64,000 nt of DNA from positions 26,223,304 through 26,287,303 of the forward strand of contig JBHGNT010000003.1 of NCBI GenBank assembly GCA_043228905.1. Reading direction: 5' to 3'. Position 1 is the stretch's first letter, and every line of letters starts with the position of its first letter. Under the pieces are notes generated by a model. That model made no database searches. It was not told the DNA's origin and worked only from the letters and a program-made list of their open reading frames with translations. Below are positions 38,031 to 50,598 of this stretch, piece by piece. This DNA is from Azolla caroliniana (lineage: Eukaryota > Plantae > Polypodiophyta). A program made the translations under genes and the position numbers.

Positions 38031-40970
38031 CTTCCTTCCCCCTCCCCCAACGCGCACCATGGAGTTGATATAAGACATGTGTAAATATTTTTAGTCTCAC
38101 TATTTAGTCCAATTGGCCATACTTCATCCCCTTCTGTCATATTAGGTCTTTGAAAGTTATAGAGTGTGTAATGATCAAATGTCTCGAGCAAGATCCACAT
38201 GCACCTAAACAACTCATGAATTGTCTCTATGGACTTCGTCATAACAACGATGACTTTGCCTTTTGATATTTATTAATGATAGGTGATAGTGCAACTTTGG
38301 TATCCTTGTCATGTTTATGATATCATATTGACTTTTTGAGTGTTTGGGATTACCATAGTTTGTATGCATGTTGAAGCAATCAAACACGCAATTGGTTTCA
38401 TCAATCTTCCGCATGACAATACATGTTCAAATCTATCCTAGGCCATGTAATCACGTCACTTTGGTCCTTTGGCGCTAACAACGTGTTTTAAAACGAAAAA
38501 ATATCATTGTTTTTATCATCCTTCAATATCAAAAACAATATTCAAAAGAAGGTTGAGTAGATGATTGGGAATTAAACTCTTTGAATTGATAGGCAAAAAT
38601 GCGATGTTGTGTTAGATATATTCAATGATAATAAATTTTGTCATTATTGTAATTCGTTAACATAAAATTAGAAGGTGAGTCATTGACGTAGGACATACAA
38701 AAAATTCGGAACATTATGATCTATGTAACGATCACCATTCCAAACATGAAATAGAGAGGAGATTCTTTTACATTGCTAGATAAAGAATTCCACAATAAGT
38801 TTTGAGTCAACCTGATTTTTTAATACATTAAGAGTATAGACTTATTATAATAGATTTTTATGCTTCTTTTCCATCTTGGTGGTTTGGGGTTGGTTCCATA
38901 AACAACTTCATAAATAAGGTCGGTGCAAACTGAAAATTCTAATACCTTAAGATACATATACTTATTTTCATAAGATTTCCAATTCCCCTTAATGTTGAGG
39001 ATAGGAACAATGCAAGAAACCAAGCTCAATATCCTAAATTCCTGTTTTTTGTGCGGACTAAGGTGGTCCTAAATGACATAGGGGACAATGTATAGCATGA
39101 AATTAGGAATCAAGTTGTGGCAAGGGATTTGTAATGGCATATAAGATGGTTTGGAGGAGATATGAGTGTCATGCTTTGGTCTAAGCTACAATTCACGACA
39201 ATTATGAGAAAATAGTCCAAACTAAATAACTTTTCTCATGACAACCCCATTTCCAATGCTCCACAATGAATAAATTGTAGAGAATGAGAATGTTTCTTTT
39301 CTCTTTCATAAGCTCCCATCCGCATGTAAGACAAAGGTTGAGCTACCATCACAATATTATTTCAATATGAAATTGCAAATTGATATTCGCCATGTAATAA
39401 TACGATACAATGAAAAATTCGGATTCAACATTGGGTTATAGCTTGATAGAATGGGACAATGCTACAGCCTTTTCAACCTTTGAAAACGATAGCACAAAGA
39501 CAAAATTGAAGAGTGCATGTGTTTCCAATACTAAATTTTTTATAATGAATCAAAACACATAACCTTCAAAATTGCATTGTAAAATGTTTAATCGATCGAA
39601 CTCCTATGTACATACACAAGTAACATATTTAATGAAGCCATGGAATGTTTAAACTCTCTTACACTATGTAAAAAGGCAAAAGAATGCACATCATCGTTGA
39701 AGTCACAATGTCATGATATTTGGGGTTGTTTTTAACCTTAGTATTACGTGCATAACCATAATTGGTCATGAGATAGGTTTTATGTAGTTTTTCCTAATCT
39801 TATGATGAGTACGTGCAGGTTAATTATCAAATGAACGAGGGTATGAATTGTAATATTCAACTATATGGTGTGGGATAACTATTAAGTGTGTTATCACTTG
39901 ACTACTTCAAATAAAGCAGTCAAGTGTGAACCCTCTATGGCCTAGGGTTTCTGTTGATATAAGAAGGGTAACTATCTTTTTTGGGGGGAGGTTTTGACTT
40001 ATGTTGAAATTATGATAGTGTGGTTATGGCTCTTGTTAGCTAAGCATGTTTGTTCCTTAGAGAACCCAAGATACGACTCACATCAACCCTCGATGTTATG
40101 GGACGTCGAGGAGGTACGAGTCTGTCTCACGCCGTTGTTAAGGGGTGGTTGGGTGGTTTGGGACCCCTCTTTCCGTTCGTTGGTCTATAAATCCTTGTGT
40201 TTTGCTTAATAAATCAGCTAGACTCTAACACTTAAGTTGTCTACAACAAATATGTAAAGACATGTTCTTAGAAGAAAATTTGCATGAGCTCGTAGACCAT
40301 TGTATGGCACTTGTTTGTACCCATCCCATCTCTAGCAAAGCACAACACTAGAGGTAGAATCCTGAATGAATTTGCAATCGAGAATTTGGGAGAAGGATTG
40401 TTTCAATGTAACGATCGCAACTTTTCGCAAATTCTACTATGAACACTATCATTGATTTGTGAAAAATCAGAAGTGGACATTTACTTTACAAACTAGAGGT
40501 TCGCAATAATAGCAAATATAAACTCCAAATACATATATAGTAGATAGTACCATAAAGAAAATTTGGCTATTTTCGGGATAGCGACCTGATTGCGGAGAGA
40601 TACTCTCGTGCCCAATGGTTGCATTACGCGTGGGCAACTAGTAAATGGAGGAGTGTATGTATGTTACAAACAAAGAGAGGCATGTGGGGCTCTAACGAGC
40701 ATCCTCCTTTCGTGCGAAGAAAAGGCTTCTCGAGCTTTTATATGTATGACAAGTTACAACACACGCAGCAAAAGAGGGGGGGGGGGGGGGGGGGGGAGGA
40801 GGGATGGATGGTTGGTTTCACACAGGTTACAAGCGGGGTCTGGGCATTGTGGATGGAAGGAAGCTTGGCTGGCTATTTGCGTGTGTGGTCCAGATTCATT
40901 GGCGGAGGGGAAAACCAAACCCAAAGACAAAGAAAGAAAGAAAGAAAGCACACACTTCCACTAAAATAAG

Positions 40971-41003
<33 letters not shown>

Positions 41004-41055
41004 TCCGTTCTTCCTTCCTTCCCTCACTGATGGGGCGAAAACAATGAGGCGCTTT

Positions 41056-41124
41056 CCACGTGTGGGCTACGTGGCCACAAGTAATTGGCAGACATGCGAA
41101 GGAGATGCTAGTTGATACGTGGAC
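41056..41124 (+). promoter_or_regulatory. Cluster of three ACGT G-box/ABRE-like elements upstream of BCH
   Basis: CACGTG (41057), TACGTGGC (41068) and TACGTGGA (41116), about 510-570 bp before the ATG. Confidence 0.5.
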
Positions 41125-41628
41125 AGGAGTGATTGGTGGTGAGAAACAGAACTAGAGCCAGAAAAAGGAACTTAGGGGGGGAGAAAGAAGATGAAGATGA
41201 AGATGAAGATGAGAGGCAGGGGTTAAAAAGGCAGAAAGAGAAAGAGAAAGAGAAAGAGAGAAGGAAAGGCTAAAGGCTAAAAAGGCTAAAAGGCTAAACT
41301 GCAAGGCAAGGCAAGGCAAGGCAAGGCAAGGCCAGGGGAGGGACGGAGGGAGGCAGAGAGGGGTGGGTAGGTGGGTGGGGTTGCAAACGCTGCTAGCAGC
41401 ACAGAGAGAAAGAGAAGAGGTAGCGGCTAAGAAGCAAGCACGACGATAGCTCATCCAACCCAACCCAACAGAAGAAGAGGTCTCCCTCTCCCTCTCCTTC
41501 TCCTTTCCCCTCCATACTTCTTTATTTATCAACGATCGAGATCTCTGCTCTTTCCTGCTAAGCATCCCCCCCTTCCCCCTTTTTCATCATCGACCAAACC
41601 AAGAAAGAAGAGAGACAAGACTATTATT

Positions 41629-43952
41629 ATGGGCTTACTCAAACCTCTAATTCCCTCTTCTTCTTCTCCCAATTCCATTCTTTCTACACCTACTACTTCT
41701 AACCAAAGCCTCCTCTTCTTCTTCCGCTGCTGCCACCACAATCCTCTGCAACACCATAAGTGGCTATTTAGGAGGTCATCTTCTTCGGCCACTCCTTCTT
41801 ATTCTTCCTCGCCACCATGCCGCCCCCGCCCCCGCCCCCGCCCCCGCCCCCGACACATCACTTCATCTCTTCATATGGAGGGTGTGCCGCAGTCTTCTCC
41901 TACATGCGTTTCAGATAAGCATCCCGATGATGGCTCCACAGCATTAGGGTCAGGTGGTGGGGATAGGCTTCCTCTCCCTCCCTTCTCAGTCTCGCCATTG
42001 ATTCTTGCAGATTCAGTTACGTCAGCAGTTGATTCAGAGGCAAAGCGGAGGCGGGTGGAGAATTTGAGCAGGAGGAAGGCGGAGAGGTCTACATACCTCT
42101 TTGCTGCTGTGGCTTCCACTGCTGGCATCACTTTCCTTACAGTGGGAGCCATCTACTATCGATTTTCTTGGCAAACACAGGTACTCTTAACGATGCCCTC
42201 TTTGTGTATATATGTACGTGTGCACCATCAATCATGCATATAATTGACCATATCTATGTGTATATGTGAATGACCGTTTGAATATATGCATGCCTATAAA
42301 CCATGCGCGTTCTGTGGTCTAAATCATATTCTATGTATGCATGCAACTCTATATGCAACAAAGTATGGATGTGTATGCATATGTCCATATGCAGTGACCT
42401 TTGTGTGTGTATAGATAGGTATGTTACATGTACGTATGTTGGTATGCTTGTAATGTATGAACCAGATTTGTCCTGAGGTCTATAAGCATCCATCCATAAA
42501 TGCATCCATGTGTGCGGATCTACAAACTAAATCAGTGACTGAATGAACCCTCCACAAATCTCCTATGAGATTGACAAGCTTTCATGTTTGAAGAAAGGCC
42601 TGAAAGTATTTTCTGTGTGACAACATTCTGTCTATTGATTGCAGGGCATGGAGGTTCCTTTTTCCGAAATGTTTGGAACTTTCTCTTTGGCTTTTGGAGC
42701 ATCAGTGAGTGTTGTCTGCAACTAAATACATAATCATTGACTTTATTGGTATACATTGTTGAACTTGTCAATGACTTGGCCTATGATTGGGAAAGAATTT
42801 CTATTGTATATATATATGCACACACACATATACATTGCGCTTATCAATGGCCGGAGATGGAGTAAATTCTGTTCCTTTAACACATCTACAATGTTGTTTC
42901 AGGTGGGGATGGAGTATTGGGCTCGATGGGCACATCGGGCATTATGGCACAACTCACTTTGGAGTATGCATGAAGTAAGTTGTATAAGCTATGGCATATA
43001 TTACATATGCGGGGTTATATGCCAATAAAACTCATTGCTTATTGAATGATAGCAATATATAGTTGATAATCACTGCAAATTGATATCGATGGTAACTCTT
43101 GTGTAGTCTCATCATCGTCCGAGAGATGGGCCATTCGAATTGAATGATGTATTCGCCATAATCAATGCAGTCCCTGCAATTGCACTCATTGCATATGGAT
43201 TCTTCCACACAGGCCTTGTTCCTGGTCTATGTTTCGGAGCCGTAAGTTACTACATAAGCTTCAGCAAAAATACCATTTTCTCAGGCAAGAAAATGTTGTG
43301 AACCTGAAACGGTGTTCCTTCATGTTTGGAATTTTTGCAGGGCTTGGGCATCACTATGTTTGGTATCGCGTACATGTTTGTGCACGATGGCCTTGTGCAT
43401 CGGAGGTTTCCAGTTGGCCCAATAGCTGATGTTCCTTACTTCCAGAAAGTTGCAGCTGCACATCAGGTAGAAAATTCATGTATATGATGTAATCTATATA
43501 TAAGTACTCCATCTTGTGCTGGCTATGTATACAGATTTCTCATATGTAGCTTAAGTACATAAGAGTAAAATATGTAAAGCTTTATTTGTGGCAAAGCTAT
43601 AGCAAACTCATGTTAAAACTATGGATTGCAGCTTCATCATGCTGATAAATTTGAAGGTGTACCTTATGGGCTATTTTTGGGACCTCAGGTACGATGAAGC
43701 AATCTTTTCAGCTGAATGTTGAAACCCATTTGAATATACTTTTTGATTGGCTTATTCAAATTGTGCATTCCTCTTCCTCAATGATGTAGTGGACTGAATG
43801 TTTAAAGCATTGTGACTCCCAGTGCTCATCTTGATTTTGATTTGCGTCATTTTCTTATTGAATCTCAGGAGTTAGAAGCTGAGGATGGAGGTGCTGAAGA
43901 ACTGGAAAAAATGATGCAATTGCGGATGAAAAGCCTTACTTCCAGAACTTGA
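41629..43952 (+). CDS. BCH: Non-heme di-iron beta-carotene 3-hydroxylase with plastid transit peptide
   Basis: Exons 41629-42180, 42645-42704, 42903-42974, 43107-43241, 43341-43466, 43632-43688 and 43869-43952. Motifs RKAERSTYLFAAV, GMEYWARWAHRALWH, HESHHRPR, ELNDVFA, FVHDGLVHRRFP and HQLHH (His boxes). Confidence 0.97.
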
Positions 43953-45255
43953 TAATATGCCATTACTATTTGAGATCTGCTAAATTGGTTGCTACTACTG
44001 TATAAGAAGAAAGAAAGAAACCTAAAGAAAAGAGAAGTATCTTTGTACATGTGTGGAGTCTTGGTTAGCTTCAAATAAAAGGCAAATGCCTTTTCGAGCT
44101 TGACCCTTACTATCATTGTCAATGCAAATATCTCTGGTTGAGTGATGGAGATAAATTCGGGAGTGTTACCTTATATACTCTTAGGTTTGAAGAGGAAGAA
44201 ATTATAGTTCTGCTGAACAACAGAGTTGCTGTCTGTGCAATGCAAAGTTATATATGGTTCATGAATATACTGAAAAATTCAAAATTTTATGTGGCCGACC
44301 TTGTTGGGTGCCAAGTTTTTGAACCTACACATTCACGTGTATTTTAACTTTCCTCCGTTTCATTCGTGTATTTCCAAATTCATACTCTTTATCTGACAAT
44401 CTTGTAGTTAATGGATCATAATTGTTTGGAACAAGATTGAATACAATAATGCTCTTATCATCCGATGCATGTTAATGGTTCACAATCATTCATAATGAAG
44501 CTTCCCATTGGAGGGCTCAGTTTTCTTCACGAAGTTTTGTGATTGAATGAGCATGATCTATTATTTGAGAAGCTTCGCTTATGTAGGAAACATCTCACAG
44601 GAGCCTTGATACCTTGTATCCTCTCCCCCTCTTTTGTGGCATCTTATTCTTTAAATCTGGGTTGGGTTTAGTGGCACATGTATTGTGAAAGGATGATTAA
44701 ATCTGCCATTTTTACTAGAAATGGGCTGCTCCCACTTACTACTACTACTACTAAGTGGGAGGGTTAATTGGTCATCTAATTTGTGGTAATGCGCCCCTTC
44801 ACTTAGTAGTGAGCTCTACTATATAGGAGCTATGTTTATTATTATTACTATTGTATCCACTACAAAAGAAGCGGTTATAGTCAAATTCTTAATGGAAGTT
44901 TGTTTTAATCCTTTGTTAAACACTTTTTGTGGCTCATATGAGTCCTCAATTATGGGTAGTTGTAACCCATGTTTCTACTTAATGAATAATGTCAGTACTC
45001 TATTGTCTCTTTGTTTAAGTTCAATATATATTGGAATCTTAATACACCCATCTCCCATGTGCTAGTCGGGTCTTTGTCCATATGTGTTTTAAGCTTTGTG
45101 CAATATTAATACTGGTTGTGTAAATCTAATACACTTTAGATTTATTTTTACCAACACTTCAATAAAATATAAAGAAATATATGGAGAAAAGTGTTAAGTT
45201 TTAACTTTTAACCATATAGAAGAAAACACACGCACCACAAGTGCGCGTGTGTGCC

Positions 45256-45286
<31 letters not shown>

Positions 45287-46139
45287 ACACATTATTGTGG
45301 TATTACTAGGGTCCATCCTAACCACACTCTAGTTAAGATAACCTTAGCCATGGTTTAGTAAACCAACCCATGATCTAGTTAAGCCGGCTCCATCATCTCT
45401 GATTTCTTTCATAGGTATTTTAGCCATTTCATTGATGATTAAGACCACCTTTAGCCCTGTTCTCCATCTATGATTTCTGCCATAAGCATTTCAACAATTC
45501 CCATTACCAAACTTAATCACAAAATCTCAAGAAGCACATAGCCTCCCCTCAATATTTCACCAAACGCCAATACATTGATGCATCCCGAGTTTAAGCATCA
45601 ACTAGATCAAAGTAGCTTCTTCCAACAAATGTTTCAAGCAATGACGAACATTTTATTGCAAGTATATTATACTAATAATGCATCATTAACTTTTCTTTCT
45701 ACAAGTTCGTATTATTCGCAACCACAATTTAGAACAAATGAAGCAGGCTCTCTGGGTTTCATCAACCACAAAGAAAGTGTTCTACGAATAGTCACGGAAT
45801 GGGCAAAGTTCATCAACATGATCCTAAAAGCGGACCACCAATTAGCTCTGTTTAAGCTCTAACCTGGGGCTGCCACCGATGACCTTCCTACCGCTGGTCA
45901 AAATTTCCCTAAACCTATCCCTCTCTTGTTCCTCAACGGTACATACACACAACAAACATTCCCAACATGGACATCGTAGACAATGTCTATTTCGCCTACC
46001 CAAGTAACATGACTATGTTGCCCGACGAGGAACAACTGAAGAACCTCTTCACTGCTCTTCGCAAACTCCACGACATCGCTTGAGACTCCTCCGTTAGAGC
46101 ATACCTGGAAGTGAAGATGCTTCAGTACCAGTACTAGGT

Positions 46140-49100
46140 TCACTTGGTTAGGACGAGCATGGCACGTAGTGTAGGTCCAAAGCTTGCAAAACCAACATCT
46201 TTCGTTGACACCATTCGAGGACCATTAGGATGCACCTGTCCGAATCAGTATACTATACAGTGCAATCGTGTCTGACTACTTATGAATTATGGAAGACACT
46301 ATTGGACACCTATGAGGAAAAGGTTGTTGCCATAAAGATATATCTCATCCGACGCCTTTACAATCTTCGGGTAAAAGAATCAGATTCAGTCTGGCACACA
46401 TTAATGAATACGAAAGCATAAATTCCCAACTGTCCGCTCAGGGGATGCCGCTAGAAGAAGAGTGGAGAGCTCTTGTATTGATGAGCAACCTACCCCTTCT
46501 TGGGAAACATAGTGTGCAACACGTTCGAAACAACGGTGAATTACTCTGAAGCTAAGAGCTCGATTATGACAGAAGACGTTCGGAGAAGATCGTTCGTTCA
46601 TGATTCGGCCAATGATGATTTCGTAGTACAAGGTTCGGTTGACCGACCGAATAGTTGGTGAAGACGTTCTTCCTTGACATCCGGATAATTCGCGAAGCCG
46701 GAGCAAGTCCAGGGACTCCAGAATATGCAATTGTTGCAAGAAACCTGAGCACATCAAGGCCGATTGCCGTGCTCTCAAGGAAAAAAATGACAACGCTTAG
46801 AGAATTGATCAAAAGGGTGGCCGACAAGGGGAGGTCAATTTTGTCGGTTCATCAGCCGAAGCATGGACGGATGTTCATTGAAAATTTAGTCGAGTAAGAA
46901 GTTTTGCTTAGGACTGACTAGTCGAGCACTTGGGTCTTAGATTCAGGCGCATCCTACAATTCTGGCAATACTTTGTCCGACATTTTGACTTAGTCCGAGT
47001 CGGAAATTTGCAACACTGTTCAATAATTGGAATCAGCACGATAGAGCTTAACCTTCCGAGTGGCTCTACTCTTGAACTACACAATGTTCGACACGTAACT
47101 GAGCTCCCCATGCCGCTGATCTTAGTCAGTCAGTTACACGAATACGATATCCGTGTCGGCTTCTTGTAAGGAGGGCAGGCACTCAAGAAGGGGAACCTCC
47201 TACTTGCTCGAGGTCTAAAGGTACACTCATTGTACCCATTATACGTCACACTCATAGAGGGTGACTTGTTCCTAGTAGATATCCATGTGTCATCGTTATG
47301 GCATAGCCAACTCGACACCGCAGTAAGGTCACCATCACGTATCTATCTAGAGTCGGCTATATCCCCAAACTCTTCTTCTTAGACTATCAGTGTTAGGAGC
47401 ATTGCCAATATGGGAAGCAAGCCGCAACCTCATACCTAACGACATCACCAAGAGAATCGAGTCCACTCGATCTGGTCCATTCGGACGTCTGTGGCCTAAT
47501 GCCATATCAGTCTCTTGGTGGCGCCTCATACTTCGTCAGTTTCATTGACGATTTGATTCGGAAAGTGTGGGCATATCCAACCAGAAGCAAAGATCGGGTG
47601 TTCTCGATCTTCCAAGAATGGCTCGCCATGGTGGAGAACTAGTCTGGCTGGAAGTTAAAGTGCTTGTGGTCCGACATCAGAGGAGAGTTCAAGAGTGAAG
47701 AATTCATTAGAATTTGCCGGTAGTGCAACATTCGACTTGAATGTATGGCACCACACAGTTCGGAGTAGAACGAAATCATAGAGCAAATGAATTGGACAAT
47801 CTAGGAAAGAATTGTCGCTTGTTACAACACTCCGTACTGTTAGATGGTTTTCTGGGTGGAGGCTCTACTTACGGTAGTACACATAATCAATATCTCGCCG
47901 AGTAGGCCTCTAGGACTTCAAATTCCGTAGGAGTTATGGATCGGCAAGAAGCCGAATTACGATAAGCAGAGGATTTCCGGTTGTGAGGCATATACTCTCG
48001 TGCCGAAAGATGATCTAGAAAATTAGAGCCGAGGTCTAGAAATGCATTTTCCTTGGTTATGGACTAGATGATGAATTCAGCTAACGACTCTACGACCCCA
48101 AAAATAGACAAATTGTTTGAAGTTCGAACGTAGTTTTCAACGAGTCGGCTATGCATAAGACAGTTGAAAGGACAATTGAAGTTTAAAGAGTTTTATTTTC
48201 AGATGTGCCAACTCTTCTTGATGGACCATCCGGCTTCACGGGTAGTCGAATCCTCCAACATTGATTCAGATCATCATGAGTCAGCACAACTGAATGTTTT
48301 GGCTTCAGACCATCTGACCCAGTTACCCAATCCAACTAACCTAGTTCGACCACACAAATAAGAGAGATTGTCATATCCTTTAGAGAGATACTCTCCAAGA
48401 ATTTTCTTCATGGATGCCAGCGAGCCGACGTCATATGAAGAAGCATTGGCATGCGCCGATTCGGCCACTTGGCATCTGGCAATGGAGTTAGAGATGAACT
48501 CCATTTGACAAAATCAAACATGGGACTTGGTCAAGTTACCTATGAATTGACGTGCTCTTCCTTGTAAATGAGTCTATAGATTAAACGAGACGTCAGATTC
48601 GACCGCTCCCAAGTGCAAAACCAGATTAGTCCCAAAGGGTTTCTAGCAAGAATATGGCGTTGACTTCAACGAAATCTCTTCGCAAGTGGTGAAAAGGATA
48701 ACCCTTCAGTTTTTGCTCGATGTAGTGGTAGTCGACAACTTGGAGTTGATTTAGCTAGATGTAAAACGACATTCCTCCATGGTGATTTAGAGGAGGAGAT
48801 CTATATGGAACAACCGAAAGGCTTTGTTATTGCCGGCCAAGAACATCTAGTCTGCCAACTCAGGAAAAGTCTTTACGACCTAAAACAACCCCCAAAATAG
48901 TGGTATAAGAAGTTCAACGACTTAATCCAATTGGTCTGCTTCTTCAAGAGTGATGAGGACCATTGCCTTTTCTCGAAAATGACTCAAGATGGGTCACCCA
49001 TCTTCCTCATCCTCTACGTGGACGACATGCTTCTCTCTGGCCAACATGCAAGAGAGCTTGCCGATCTCGTTCAGAAATTGCAGTTGAAGTTTGCCATGAA

Positions 49101-50370
49101 GGACCTAGGTTCAGCAAGACACATCTTGGGTATGAAGATAAAAACTCTGAAATCGACAAAAACTATTCTTGTCTGAAGTCGACTACGTTGACTGTGTCTT
49201 GGAACGCTTCAACATGTGATCAACCAAATCTGCTTCGACCCTGCTCCCCATTAGCCTTCGGCTGTCTCAGCGAGATTGTTCAACATCTGGTCTAGAGGGG
49301 GAAATCATGAAGTCAACACCGTTTGTATCGACAATAAGCTCCTTAAGGTACACAATGGTCGTGACACGGCTAGACATAGCTCATGCCGTTAGAGGCATGA
49401 ACAGATTTATACATAACCTTGGGTGATAGCATTGGAACGTAATGAAGCATGTGTTCAGATATCTAGTGGGCACAAAAGCCTATGGCATCCTATTCGGTCT
49501 AAATAAGAATTCAAGTGTTGTCAGCTACACCGACTCGGAGTTTGCCAATTGCCTGGACAAGCGAAAGTCGAAAAATGGCTACTTCTTCAGATTCGACATT
49601 GGAGCAATTTTGTGGAAGTCGAAATTTCAAGAGTGCACAATCACATCAACGCAGGTCGAATGCGTAGCCACGTTAAACGCGACAAAAAAGGCCGTATGGC
49701 TCGGTCGGCTGGCATGCATGTTTCGGCAAGCCAATGGTCTACATTGACATTTAGGGAGTTGTCATCTTATCGAAGAACCCGGTTCACCATAACGCCTCAA
49801 TGCACATCAACATTCGATACCATTTTGTTCGGGATTGCGTCACTTCAAGAAATCTTAGCCTTGAGAAAGTTCCTACGGTTGACAATTTAACAGATGGGAT
49901 GACCAAATGTCTTCAAGTTGACCGATTCTGGTCAATTCGGCACCAGATGGGCGTAAGAAGATACCAGTCCGATTGATATAGACTTGAGGACGGTTTCGTA
50001 TAATCGGCTTCGACACTCTCAAAATTTGGCCTTCGGCCTTCGGCAATTGACACAACCGATTCGACCTCAACCTTTTTAGCCGATCCAGCTTCTAATTTCG
50101 ACCATAAGCCGAGTTTTCCAAACATCCTTTTGTATAATCTATATCGTTTTGTTTCATATTACATGTAGGTTCTTTCATTGTACGTGCCCATTACAGGGGT
50201 GTGCCAAATACGGGGTATAATAGACGTATTCACACTGTCCCATTTGGATAAACTAGGTTTAGGACAATTATGTAATTATAATAAAGGGCAGTTCCCTAGT
50301 TCAGTTCATATATAAACTGAACTTGTAACCTAGTTTGATAGAATTGTTGATAGTGCCATTCTTGTATCGT
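46140..50370 (+). mobile_element. Highly degenerate Ty1/copia element (gag-PR-IN-RT-RH plus start of 3' LTR)
   Basis: gag YELWKTLLDTYEEK..KIYLIRRLYNLR, knuckle CNCCKKPEHIKADC, WVLDSGAS, FIDD..RKVWAY, LILYVDDMLL..FAMKDLGSARHILGM, YTDSEFA; purine tract near 50193. Numerous stops and frameshifts; boundaries approximate. Confidence 0.9.
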
Positions 50371-50552
50371 AATTTTTTTTTCTTAAAAGAAAGATGCACC
50401 TTAATATATTACTTGAGAACTATACATAGAGAAAACAGAAGGAGACATTTCATCTCACTTCTTTAGTGATACAAAGACTAGTATAAGCATCTGATCAAAC
50501 AAATGATGTCATATATGAAACAAGTGGAGCAATAATAATACAGTTACAACTT

Positions 50553-50598
50553 TGTGTGTGTGTGTGTGTGTGTGTGTGTCTCTCTCTCTCTCTCTCTC
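50553..50598. repeat. (TG)n(TC)n microsatellite abutting the LINE 5' end
   Basis: Seen directly. Confidence 0.9.

Noticed and set aside
40590-41565. Several 65-137 aa ORFs upstream of BCH
   Set aside because: Low-complexity, SSR-derived frames with no domain motifs or splice support.
44729-44811. Short nested inverted repeats (CTCCCACTTA/TAAGTGGGAG and ACTACTAAGTG/CACTTAGTAGT) as a mini-CACTA element or miRNA hairpin
   Set aside because: The arms are short, no 3-bp TSD is present and the stem is too short for a pre-miRNA.
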